A DNA stretch of 64,000 bases from Mobula hypostoma (taxonomy: Eukaryota): NCBI RefSeq assembly GCF_963921235.1, contig NC_086097.1:21888001-21952000 (forward strand). The letters run 5' to 3'. Made by a program: the position numbers and the translations under genes. This document shows, piece by piece, positions 39,095-51,217 of this stretch; the first letter of the stretch is position 1; the number at the start of each line of letters is the position of its first letter. Below the pieces are notes generated by a model. That model did not search any database. It saw only the letters and a list, made by a program, of their open reading frames with translations, and was not told where the DNA came from.

Positions 39095-39304
39095 TGACTA
39101 CTCATGCAATCAATTATTTTGTGTTTTATATTTGTAATTAATTTAGATCACTTCGTAGAGATCTGTTTTCACTTTGGCACAAAAGAGTCTTTTTCTGTTG
39201 ATCAGTGTTAAAAAAAGCCAAATTAAATCCACTGTGATTCAATGTTGTAAAATAATGAAACATGAAAGTTTCCAAGGGGGTGAATACTTTTTATTGGCAT
39301 TGTA
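39095..39304 (+). mobile_element. Tc1-like transposon right terminal inverted repeat
   Basis: Ends ggggtgaatacttttta..ggcattg followed by TA, as Tc1-type termini do. Confidence 0.65.
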
Positions 39305-39315
39305 TATTGTATACT

Positions 39316-39505
39316 GGTGGACTTCGGAGTAAAGGCTTCCGAGGTCGAATCCAGCCGGCTCCCTGGCACGCTTTCCATCCATGCTGGGTTGAGCGTCAAG
39401 CTAGCAACTCGACCTCGTAAAAATAGGAAAGCCTGCTAAACAAACACCGTCATGACGGCGTCCCGATGACTCGACTTGGAGTTAAGGACTTTCTTCTTCT
39501 TCTTC
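39316..39505 (+). mobile_element. tRNA-derived SINE with (ttc)n tail
   Basis: B-box-like aggtcgaatcc at 39342-39352; gctagcaactcgacctcgtaaaaa block; CpG-rich. Confidence 0.6.
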
Positions 39506-40082
39506 ATATAAAAGTATATCAAAGTTTTAGATGACATGCGGAATTTGCGCAAGCTGCTAACAAAGTTGAGGTGCTATCTTGTCTTATTTATATCTTTGAA
39601 CATTGAACAGAACAGTTCAGTATGGGCATGATGTTGTTCCGGCCCTTTAACCTCCTCTACAATCAATCTAACCCTTCCCTCCCACATAACTCCCCATTCT
39701 TCCTTTATCCACGTGCCCATCAAAGAGCCTGCCAGGGGTGGTGGTAGAGGTAGATATTATCATCATAATATGCTGTGTCGTATAACATGTGCAAACATGG
39801 TCTTTTTCTATCCATGACCATAATTGTTCTTGGCAAATCTTTCTATAGAAGTGTCTTCAGTTTGCCATTGCCTTCTTCTTGACAGAGGTATGGGACATTT
39901 AAGACACTCTTAAATAGGCATGTGGATGAAAGAAAAATGCAAGGCTATGTAGGCGGGTAGGGTTAAATTAATCTTGGAGTAGGTTATAAAGTTACCATAA
40001 TTTTGTGGGCTGAATGGCCTGTATTGTGCTGTGGAGTTTTGTGTTCTATGTTCTAAGATAGATTATATCACATAGTAGGATC

Positions 40083-40392
40083 ACAATTAGATCGCTTAGG
40101 ATGACTAATACCATTATTATTTCTCCAGCCTCCTTTTCTAGCAGTCCTATATTCACTCTCATCTCTCTTTTATTTTTTATGTACTTGAAAAAGCTTTTTA
40201 TATCCACCTTGATATTATTTGCTAGCTTGTTTTCATATTTCATCTCTTCCCTCCTGTTGATTCTTTTAGTTGCTCTTTGTAGGTTTTTAAAAACTTCCCA
40301 ATCCTCTATCTTCCCGCTAATTTTTGCTTTGTTGTATGCCTTCTCTTTTGCTTTTGCATTAGCTTTGACTTCCCTTGTCAGCAACGGCTGTA
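40083..40392 (-). mobile_element. CR1 ORF2 internal fragment
   Basis: KAKEKAYNKAKISG..KSFFKYIKNKR. Confidence 0.8.
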
Positions 40393-42102
40393 TGATTTTG
40401 GAATGTATTCAAGGCAATGCCAGATGAACCCATGAGGGAGAATGAAATGGAAATGTAGTTGATGGTTTGGTTGGGCAGGGGCCCGTGTGGAACAGTAAAA
40501 TAGTGGACAGACAGCTGCCATTAATTTTTCTGTGCTCTAGCTCACTGATCTTCCCGATCTCTCTTGCCAATGTATTGATGCACTGACATCGGATTAATTC
40601 AAGCCTTCAGAACTACAGGATGTGAACAGAACAACGCCCGAAAGAGAAATACAAACACACAGAGAGCTGAGGTACCGATTGCCTGGGCATGTAGGTCAAG
40701 ATGTTTGAGAGGCCACAGTGCAGATGGATGAGAATAGAGTACTTATCCCCCTCCCACCAGCATGACCAAAGCTCCCAGATTGTTTTAAATCAGGCCTTAT
40801 GCCGCTAAATCTCACGTGTTCCTTTGTCTCTGGAAATATTTCAATTCAATGTCATTTCCAGAAGACCATAAAGAGCTTAACTTAAATAAAGAAGATTAAA
40901 TTTGTGCAGAACAGTAAGGTTTTAAGTGATTTTTTAAAATTTTATGATTTAAAAAGTCAGGACGAGAAGCTGGTTTACCATGCAGCCTCCCAGCAGGTTT
41001 GTGTTCTTATTGTTTGGCCTGATGATTGGAGAGGGCTTTCTTTTGAAGTGAGTGCACAAACTGGGGGGAGAAAAAATAAATTTCTTTTTCATAAATGTTT
41101 TGCCTCGGGAGGTTTGGCGAGGTTGATAATTATTTTCCAATTGTGAGCGCAGCTGTGTACGATCTGGGGCTGAGCCTGTTTCAAAATGAGGATGTGCAGG
41201 AAGTGTTAACCCTGAACCTCTCCCACAACCTGTCCATGAAACATAGCTGTCCCATTTATTATAAGGCCATTCAGTGCATCAGGTACTTCCCAGCCCAACA
41301 ATTCCATCCGTTCTGTTTCCTACTTCCTCCCCATTTCCTTCACTTTCTCTCATATGCCCATCCACTCCTTCCCGGTTGCTTCGACTGGGCGGCATGATAG
41401 CATAGAGGTTGCTGCAACCATCAGGCTCCTGAGCTAGTGTGGTTAACCTCATACACCTCAATACCAGAAGACCACGAGATATAGGAGCAGAATTAGGCCA
41501 TTTGGCCCATCGAGTCTTCTCCATCGTTTCGTCATGGCTGATCCAATTTTCCTCTCAGCCCCAATCTCCTGCTGTCTCCCTGTATCCCTTTACGCCCTGT
41601 ACAATCGAGAATCTATCAACCTCTGCCTTTAAGTATACATCAGGGCTTGGCCTCCACAGCTGCCTGTGGCAAAGAATTTCACAGATTCACCACTCTCTGG
41701 CTGAACTGACTCCCTTTTGAGAACTCTAGAGTCATAGAAAAGCACAGCGCAGAAACAGGCCCTCAGGCCATCTAGTCTGTGCCGAACCATTTAAACGGCT
41801 GACTCCCATCGACCTGCACCAGGACCATAGCCCTCCATACCCCTACCATCCATGTACCATGCATTTGGGTTTACTGTACAGGCACTCTACAACTTATGTT
41901 CTCGGTATTATTTTATCATTTGCACCATTTGTTTTTATGTGCACATTGATTGTTTGTCAGCCTTTGTTTTTCAAAGATTTTCATAAATCTGTTTATTACC
42001 GTGGGCATCGCGGTTAGCTTGATGCTATTACAAATGGAGGTGACAGAGTTTGGAGTTCAATTCTGGTCCTGTCTGTACATGCCCCCCCCCCAATGTTCAA
42101 TA

Positions 42103-43037
42103 GGTTTCAATAAGTACATTTAATGTCAGAGATATGTATAATGTACATCCTGAAAATCTTTGCTAACATCCACAAAAACAGAGGGGTGCCCCGAAGAATG
42201 AATGACAGTTAAAATGTTAGAACCCCAAAGCCCCCCTCCCCAGCTTACCCCTCCCATGCACAAGCAGTAGCAGGGCAACGACCCTCCCCACCCCCACCAG
42301 CAAAAAACCATCAGCGCCCTCCACCGAGCACTCAAGCATAGAGCAAAGCATCGATAAAGACACAGACTTGCAGTACCCCGAAGATTACTGGTTCACCCGA
42401 TAATTCAAGATACCACAGGCTCTTTCTCTCTCTCTCCCTAATAAAGAAAAAGGGGGTGTCCTCATTTCACAGCGAGAGGGGAGACATAACAAACAACTCA
42501 CAACAAGAGAAAGTCTGTAGATGCTGGAAATCCAAGCAACACACCCAAAATGCTGGAGGAACTCAGCAGACCAGGCAGCATCTATAGAAAAAAGTACAGT
42601 TGACGTTTCGGGCTGAACCTCTTTGGTAGGACCTCTCTTTTCTCGCTGATTTACGATGTTAAAAGTCTGTTGCATCACTTTTTCTGAGCTCCGCACCCAG
42701 AGAGCCTGCCCCAGAAAGGCGCAGCTCTCTGGACACACATCCCCTGGCAGCTAACCCACTGCTCCTGAAGTTCTGTGTTCTCCTGCGATGCTTCAGTGAG
42801 GAACACCAGCTTAGAATCAGCACGTCTCCAGAGCCAGGAAAATCTGGATCCCTGAAGGCCTGCTTCCCTTCCAGGCCGCATCCTAGGGATATCAAAAAGC
42901 GGCCGATTGTGAGGCCCTGAGAGCGGTTCCCATTCCCACAAAGAATCAAAGTCAGGAAAGAAAGAGATATCAAAGATAGAAATAGAGCTGTTTCTGAAGA
43001 TGTAAGCAAAAGAGTCACCATTTAGCACCTTCTTGAC
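42103..43037 (-). mobile_element. Non-autonomous LINE-like retroposon with a PLE end inserted at ~42500-42633
   Basis: Decayed gtcaaga(t)gg(c)gc-type head and Rex1-like 3' end; no coding capacity. Confidence 0.55.
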
Positions 43038-43227
43038 TTGTTCCACCCCTGCGAATGGTTAACTTTTGGGCTGTTCTGAACAAGTACTCCAAAGTCCCTT
43101 TGCATCTCAGATTTTTGGATTCCCTCCCCATTTAAACAATAGTCTACACAGTTATTTCTTCTACCAAAGTGCATGACTATGCATTTTCCAACATTGTGTT
43201 TCATTTGCCAATTTCTTGCCCATTCTC

Positions 43228-44710
43228 CTAACCTGTACTGAATAACTGCCTGGTGTGTTCATGGATATCTTCAACCTCTCGCTCTGGCAGTGTGTGGTAC
43301 CTAGCTGCTTCAAACAGACTTCAATCGTACTGGTGCCCAAGGAGAGTGTGGTAACCTGCACAGTGATTAAGTGTTTTCAGAGGCTTGTGTTAAAACATAT
43401 CAGATCTTGTCTGAGTGGCTATTTGGATCCATTTCAATTTGCCTATCAAAGCAATAATTCCACAGCTGATGTTATCTCATTGGCTCTTCACACAACCCTG
43501 GAACATCTCGACAGCAAAGATGCATACATCAAGATGCTCTTTATCGATTACAGCTCAGTATTTAATACCATCATCCCCTCAGAACTAATCAGTAGACTCC
43601 ATGAACTGGGCCTCAATATCCCCTTGTGTAATTGGATCCTGGATTTCCTTACTTGCAGACCCCAGTCAGTTCGGATTGGCAAAAGCATCTTCTCCACAAT
43701 CTCCATCAGCACACTTGCACCATAGGGCTGTGTGCTTAGCCCCCTGCTCTACTCACTTGACACCTATGACTGTGTGGATAAGTACAGCTCCAACACCACA
43801 TATAAGTTCGCTGATGACAGCACTGTTGTGGGCTGTACCAAAGGTGGAGATGAAACAGCATACAGGAGGGAGATTGAAAATTTGGCAGAATGGTGTAATA
43901 ACAACAACCTCTCACTCAGTGTGAATAAGACCAAGGAACTGATTGTAGACTTCAGGAGAGGGAAACCAGAGGTCCATGAGCCAGTACTCATCAGAGGATC
44001 AGAGGTGAAGAGGGCCAGTAACTTTAAATTCCTGTGTGTCACTAACTAAGAGGACCGGTCCTGGACCTATCATATAAATATTATTGCGAAGAAAGTAAAA
44101 TGGCACCTCTACTTCCTCAGGAATCTACGGAGGTTCGGCATAAAAACCTTGGCAAATTTCAATAGATGTGTGGTGGAAAGTGTGTTGACTGACTGCATTA
44201 TGGCCTGATATGGGAACACCAATGCCTTTTGAGTGGAAAATCCTACAAAAGGTGTGGATTTGGCCCAGTACATCATGAGCACATCTACATGAAACGTTGC
44301 TGTGGAAAAACGGCAAACTTTATCAAAAATCCTCACCACCAAGGCCATGCCCTTTTCTCCCTGCTGCCATCAGGAAGAAGATACAAGTGCTTCAGGACTT
44401 GCACCACCAAGGAAAGTTGCTACCCCTCAACTATCAGGCTCTTGAACAAAAGGAGATAACTACACTCATTCTATTTCTGGTGTCTCACAACCAATGGTCT
44501 CACTTTAAAGACTCTTTTTCTTGTTATTTCATATTCTAGTTATTTATTGCTATTTATTTACATTTGTATTTGCATAGTTTGTTGTTCATTGATCCTGTTT
44601 ACAGTTACTGTTCTATAGATTTGCTGAGTATGCCCGCAGGAAAATGAATCTCAGGGTTGTATGTGGTGACATGTATGTACTCTGATAATAAATTTACTTT
44701 GTACTTTGTG
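43228..44710 (+). mobile_element. Rex1/Babar-like LINE RT and 3' end
   Basis: [38 protein letters not shown]; aataaatttactttgtactttg tail. Confidence 0.9.
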
Positions 44711-44814
44711 TTCTTATTTGTACTAACTATGTACTCTCCTAATCCATTCTGGGACATTTTATACTATTAAAAGTTCTGTTTGAGTTCAACATCTTGTGGA
44801 AATGTCAGAAATGA

Positions 44815-45480
44815 GAGCTGCATAGTGACGTGGCAGTTAGCATAGTGCTTTACGACACAAGCAGTCAGAATATCTGAGTTCAATTCCTTCTGCTGTCTTG
44901 AAGGAGGTTATACATTCTCCCCGTGACCTAGTGGGTTTCCTCTGGGTGTTCCAGTTTCCTCCCACATTCCAAAGAAGTACAGGTTAGTAAGCTGTAGGCA
45001 TGCTATTTTGGTAGAAGGATTCTTCATTGCTGTCTCCATAACAATTTTGCTCTACCAGTCAGGGTTGAGTCCCTGAACCTGGAGAACCAGAGGACCACCA
45101 TTATCTGGTGTCTACCCTTTGACCTGTTTGACATGGGTGACCATACCGAGAGCCAAAGCATGAAGCCCTGACTCCAGTCAGTAAAGCTCTCTGAGTCATT
45201 GAGGCATGCCAGTCTCCAGACACTACCACAGGGTTGTGGATCTCTAACATGGTGGAGGAAGCCCTGAACACCACCAGAGATGGAGGTCCATCATTGCTGC
45301 CCTAAATGCCAGTGGTGTAATGGGCAGTAACTATGCCTTGTTGACACCGGAAGCATGGCAACACTTGCGTGCTGCCCCTTTGCATATCCTTGGACTGCGT
45401 TGGTCAGTGATGCAAGCAACACATTTCACGGTATGTCTCAATTTTTCAATATATATGTGACAAATAAAGCTGATCTTTAA
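44815..45480 (+). mobile_element. V-SINE split by an RTE-derived insertion
   Basis: Head and V core at 44815-45008; tail at 45331-45480. Confidence 0.7.
45010..45330. mobile_element. RTE-derived short element with inverted 5' part, inserted in a V-SINE
   Basis: Minus strand ggtcacccatgtcaaacaggtc (RTE 5'-like); plus strand gagatggagg..ttgctgccctaaatgcc..gggcagtaa (RTE 3'-like). Confidence 0.55.
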
Positions 45481-45949
45481 TAGCAGAGGCAGACTGCAGC
45501 ATTGAATGTGTCTGAGCAACTGTATTGTTCTTTTAGATAAAAATCCAAAGATGTTGACAGATTTAATTTGGAAAAATCTTTATTGGGTTGCAGTCTGGAA
45601 GCAAACACATGTATTAGTGATGAGTGAGTGCATACCTTATGCTCTATGATATTTATAAGCCCACAATTTCATTGTGCATTAATCAATCTTATTGCCAATG
45701 CAAACCATTCTGCTAAAGTTGCATAATTCATCTTCACCTCCAATCCAACTAAACTTTTTACGGAGAGAATATTTTTATTTATTGAGATACATCGAGGAAT
45801 AGGCCCTTCCAGCCTTTTGAGCCATGCCACCCAATAACCGTGCCCCCCCCCATTTAATCCTCCGTTACTTGTTTCTTAATTCAAATTCAAGAGTAATTTA
45901 TTAATACAAGAGGTTCTGCAGATACTGGAAATTTAGAGTAACAAGTTCC

Positions 45950-46222
45950 CAATGTTTTGTTTTTCATTTTTTTAGTTAGTAGGGTTTTTTCTCTTAGTTA
46001 GTAGGAGTTCTTTTTTTTCCTTTCTTTTTTTCTTTCAAAAAATATTCTCAACACTTTATTTTTTCTTATCATTATTGATATATTGCTTAGTTTTGTCAAT
46101 CAGTTATTTGCTAATTTAATTCTTCATTGTACATATTGACATATTGACTTGATTACCTTAATGTATTTTTGTTGATCTTTAATAATAATTAATAAGAAAG
46201 ATTTTAAAAATGAAATGAAACT
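45950..46222 (+). repeat. T-rich tract ending in aataagaaagatt..(tgaaa)n; possible L1/Tx1-like 3' UTR
   Basis: Strong T bias and a short terminal repeat; no coding evidence. Confidence 0.35.
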
Positions 46223-46839
46223 TTTTTTTAAAGCATGGAGTAGTTTTAGCAATATTGTAGTATCCAACAACTATCAACTATTAATCTTGTTCTTGCACCC
46301 TTCAACACAACGCAAGGTGCTGAAAATGGCCCAACAGGGGAAAACTGGGTATTGGAGTATTTTCTGAACTGGAAAATTAGCAGAGTACCTCTTTATCCAA
46401 TCAATTTGAGAAAGAGAATATCATTGCACAGAAGGCAGAATTAGAATTAGAATTAGATTTATTATCACTGACATATGTTGTGAAATTTGTTCTGCAGTAG
46501 TAGTAAAGTGCAAAACATAAAATATACAATATGTTACAATATTAAATATTTATATCTATATACAATATATCTATCTATCTATATATGTATATAAAATAAT
46601 AACTACTGGCTCATGGACCATTCAGAAATCTGATGGTGGAGGGACAGAATCTGTTCCTAAAATGTCAAATGTGCCTCTTAAGGTTCCTGTATCCTGTACA
46701 TCCTCCCTAATGGTAGTAATGAGAAGAGGGAATGTTCTGGATGGTTTCAGGCCGAGACCATTCTTCGGCCCTCAAATTAACAACCTACAGCCTCAGAGGG
46801 AGCCCCGTTCTTCCCTTCCACTCACCCACGCACAAACAT

Positions 46840-46876
46840 GGTCCTGAAGAAGGATCTTGGCCCGAAACATTGACTG
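46840..46876 (+). ncRNA. Minimal type I hammerhead ribozyme-like motif in a PLE end
   Basis: gtc-CTGAAGA-aggatcttggccc-GAAA-CATT-gac. Confidence 0.6.
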
Positions 46877-47584
46877 TTTATTCATTTCCACAGATGCTGC
46901 CTGGCCTGCTGAGTTCCTCCAGCATTTTGTTTGTGTTGCTCTGGATTTCCAGCATCTGCAGGATCTCTCGTGTTCACATCTATAGTTCTCTTTTATCCAC
47001 CTTGCTTGCCACATCCTCAAAGACCTCAAACTGTGGATCTAGCAAGGATTAAATTTATGAGAGGTGTTGAGAATAGCGAGGGAGAATCTGTTTCTCTGCT
47101 GACAGGAAGATTTAAAACCAGGGGGCAAATCAATCAAAATGCACTGCATGTAGAAATTGCTTTGATTTGGAAGGTTCTGACTAAAAGCATAGTGGAAGTA
47201 GATACAGACTCAAATTCAGATTCATTTATCGCATGTTCATTGAAACATGCAGTGAAATGCATTGTTCGCATTAACCAACAACAGTCTCAGAGGGAGCTCC
47301 AGACCTCCCCCCACCCCACTCACCCATGCACATAGTCCTCCAAGCCCAGGACAGGCCATCTCTGGCCTCCGGCCTTCAGCATCTAGTGGACTCACAGGTT
47401 CACAGACAACGGGCTTCAACTTCCTCAGTGGATGTCACTAACCGGGGTACCATAGAGATTTACAAGAGCATTAACAGTACTGGAATACTTGAGTCTGCAG
47501 GAGAGGCTGACAGTCTGGGACTATTTTCCCTGCAGCACAGGAGGCTGAGAGGAGACCTTATCAAGGTTTATAAAATCATAATGG

Positions 47585-48813
47585 CATAAGAAATAGGAGC
47601 AGGAGTAGGCCATCTGGCCTGCTCTGCCATTCAATAAGATCATGGCTGATTTGGCCATGGACTCAGCTCCATCCACCTGCCTTTTCTCCATAACCCTTAA
47701 TTCCCCTACTATGCAAAAATCTATCCAACCTTGTCTTAAATATATTTACTGAAGTAGCCTCCACTGCTTCATTGGGCAGAATTCCACAGATTCACCGCTC
47801 TCTGGGAAACGCAGTTCCACCTCATCTCCATCCTAAATCTACTCCTCTGAATCTTGAGGCTATGTCACCTAGTTCTAGTCTCATCTACCAGTGGAAACAA
47901 CTTTCCTGCCTCTATCTATCCCTTCCATAATTTTATATGTTTCTATAAGATCTCCCCTCATTCTTCTGAATTCCAGTGAGTACATTCCCAGGTGACACAA
48001 TCTCTTCTCATAGTCTAACCCCCTCATCTCTGGAATCAACCTGGTGAACCTCCTCTGCACTGCCTCCAAAGCCAGTATATCCTTCCTCAAGTATGGAGAC
48101 CAGAACTGCACACAGTACTCCAGGTGTGGATTCACCAGTACCCTGCAGCAGGACCTCCCTGCTTTTAAATTCAATCCCTCTAGCAATGAAGGCCTACGTT
48201 CCTTTTGCCTTCTTGATAGACTGCTACACCTGCAAACCAACCTTTTGTGATTCATCCACAAGCACTCCCAATTCCCTCTGCACAGCTGCTTGCTGCAATT
48301 TTTACCATTTAAATAAAAACCTGCTCTTTCATTTTTCTTTCCAATGTGGATGACCTCGCACTTACCAACATTGTACCCCATGTGCCAGACCCTTGCCCAC
48401 TCACATAACCTATCTATATCCCTCTGCAGACTCTCCATATCTTCTGCACAATTTGCTTATCCACTCAATTTAGTTTCATCAGCAAACTCAGATACACTAC
48501 AGTCGGTCCCCTCTTCCAGATCGATAATGTATATCGTGAACAGTGTGGGCCCAGCACTGACCCCTGCAGCACACCGCTCTCCACCAATTACCAACCAGAG
48601 TAACACCCGTGTATCCCAACTCTCTGCTTTCTATTAGTTAACCAATTTTCTATCCATGTTAATACATTACCGCACCCCCCCCCCAGCATGCTTCCTTATT
48701 TGATGGATAAGTCTTTTATGCAGAAGCTTATCGAACACCTTCTGGAAATCTAAGTAAATAATGTCCATCTGTTCCCCTCTATCCACTGCGCTCATCATAT
48801 CCTCAAAGAACTC
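47585..48813 (-). mobile_element. CR1 LINE fragment nested in a plus-strand CR1 fragment (~47515-47584 and ~48814-49235)
   Basis: PHLEYCVQFWSPYLRKD, EAVQRRFTRLIP; plus-strand CR1 sequence continues on both sides. Confidence 0.85.
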
Positions 48814-49041
48814 ATGGACAGGGTGACTAACCAAAGTCTTTTCCTGGGGTTAGGGGAGTCTATCACTCGAGGGCACCAGTCAAAAGTGAGAGGAGAAAGA
48901 TTTAAAAGGGATCATGGAGGTACAGAGGGAGCTGCTAGAGAAAGTAGTGGAGGAAGATGCAGTTACAACACCTAAGTCACGTTGGACAGTTACGATACTT
49001 AAATCACATTGGACAGTTACGTGGATAGGAAGTGTTTAGAG

Positions 49042-49121
49042 CAGGGATTCCCAATCTGTTTTGTGCCATGAGCCAATGCCATTATGCAAGGAGTCTGTGG
49101 ACCCCAGATTAAGAACACCTG
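49042..49121. mobile_element. ~80-bp hAT-Charlie-type MITE
   Basis: cagggattcccaa...taagaacacctg; near-TSD gtttagag / gttagag; reverse-complement copy at ~55918-55996. Confidence 0.7.
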
Positions 49122-49311
49122 GTTAGAGGAACATGGGCCAAATGCATGCAAATGGGAATCATTTCAGTTGCACAACTTGGCTGGGATGGCCAAGATGGGC
49201 TGAAGGGCTGGTTTCTGCGCTTTTATGGCTCTCTAATACTATATTAGTCACTGCCCCTCTGATGGACATGATGGAAATATGCAGCCCTGCTGCTCTAAAA
49301 GATAGAGCATA

Positions 49312-49625
49312 AAAGATTAGCTTTATTTGTCACATATACATTGAAACATCAAAACATACAGCGGTGTCAATTCAAATCAGCAGGATTGTATTGGGAGCAC
49401 CCCACAAACGTGGCCACACTTCTAGCGCCAACAGAGCATGCTGACACTCACAAACCTAACCATATGTCTTTCGAATCTGGGAGAAAACTGGAGCAGCCAA
49501 AGGAAACTTATGCGGTCACAGGGAGAGCGTACCAACTCCTTACATACAGCGAAGGGAGTTGAACCCCGACCTTACAGCTGGCTGCTGTGAAGCGTTGCGA
49601 TACCAGCTAAGCTACTGTGCTGCCC
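49312..49625 (-). mobile_element. V-SINE with Rex1-like tail
   Basis: Same layout as 16862-17160. Confidence 0.72.
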
Positions 49626-50327
49626 CCTACCCTCATGATCTCCATTTCTGGAGACTCTTAGAAACCCTCGGCATTATCATATGCATAAATTGTGTTCAGC
49701 TGTTGAGTTGAGTGGTTTTCTTGTGTCGATTAAACTTTAAACAGCCATTTGGTTATGCTGTCAGAGACAGAGCTTAAACCTGATGTGCTGGGACCGAGCT
49801 GCCATGGTGTACTGGAGATGTCATCCCAAGACCGTGACTAATCATCCTAAAAAGGTGAATTCAAATCCCTCTGTGGCAATTTGACAGCTTGAATTTAGTC
49901 TAAAATGGTCTGTACTGTAGGGAAGAAAACTCGTCATCCTCGGTCAGTCCTGCCATAGACTAACTCTTCAGTTACAAAGCTGCATGAGCTAGCATGTCAC
50001 ATTTACAGAGAGCGCTGCCACAAGAAAGCAGCATCCATCATCAAAGACCCCCTCACCATCCAGGTCGTGCCAATGAGCAGGAGGTAGAGAAGTCTTAGGT
50101 CTCACACCATCAGGTTCAGCAACCGTTATGACCCTTCAACAATCGGGCACCTGAACTGGCACAGATAACCCCATTCATCATGGTTCTACAATCTGCCGCG
50201 ACACTTCCAAGGACTCTTTGTGACTCATGTTCTCAGTATTATTTTTGTTTGCACAGCTCGTCTTCTTTTCCACATTGGTGTTTATCTGTTTATGTATAGG
50301 TTTTCGTAAAATTCAAAGAGGTACAGA

Positions 50328-51136
50328 CATTAGGTTTATTTGTCACAGGTACAATACATCGAAACACATGGTGAAGTGCGCCATATGCCTCAAATCCAAT
50401 CAGTGAGGATTGTGCTGGGCAGCCCACAAGTGTCTGCATGCTTCCTGTGCGATTATTACATGCCCACAACTTTACTAACCCTAACCAGTCAGTCAGTCAG
50501 TGGGTGCCGTCCCAGATCGGGGGTTGGTGGCTATGCACCTCCATCTTCTTCGATCTTGTGACAGCACCAACTACAGCCTCTCCTCCAGTTTGTTCTCGCT
50601 GGCCGCCTTGGCGCCTCCCGCCACTGCCCCTGCCGAACTCGAGCCCGAGGCCGTGTCGGCCTCCAGCCGCGGCCACTTCTTCAAGCTCGGCCCTTCCTTA
50701 GGCGGAGGCCCTGGGCAGGTCCAGGCACACGGTGCAGCGCCCAAGTTCATCATGTCTCTTCTAACTAAGTGCGTAGCATACGATTCGTAGATACGTGGTG
50801 AGGCTTTAATCTCTTCCACAGAAGATGGCCGTTGGCTCACAAGGAGCTCATCCGCCCTTTGTCAGGTCTTGTTTTTTTTAAGTCCTACTGGGTGTCCTCA
50901 CACCCTCCTCACCAGACTAAGTCCGGTGGGGGAGCCGGCCCAAGTCGCCGACCACTCGACCACGGCCCCCTAACCAGTACGTTTTTGGAATGTGGGAGGA
51001 AACCAGAGCATCCGGAGGGAATTCACATAGTCACAGGGAAAATGTCCAAACTCCCTACATGCAGCAGCAAGAATCAAACTGCAACTGGTCATCACTGGCT
51101 CTGTAAAGCAATATGCTTACCACTCCGCTACCATTC
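50328..51136 (-). mobile_element. V-SINE split by the 50490-50967 insertion
   Basis: Removing the insertion restores actaaccctaaccagtacgtttttggaatgtgggagg. Confidence 0.8.
50490..50967 (-). mobile_element. Young GC-rich RTE-tailed short retroposon inserted in a V-SINE
   Basis: 11-bp TSD ccctaaccagt (50479-50489, 50968-50978); (ctga)n tail; minus-strand QDRRRWRCIATNP resembles an RTE ORF C-terminus. Confidence 0.85.
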
Positions 51137-51217
51137 CTACCAAAATTATTTTGTGTTTCTTTCATTTCCTGTCAGTGAATCTCGAGGCAGAATACAACAT
51201 TAGTACTTTGATAGAAA

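Noticed and set aside
50500..50840. GC-rich ORFs as a host gene or processed pseudogene
   Set aside because: They lie inside a TSD-flanked retroposon with an RTE-type tail; GC richness explains the open frames
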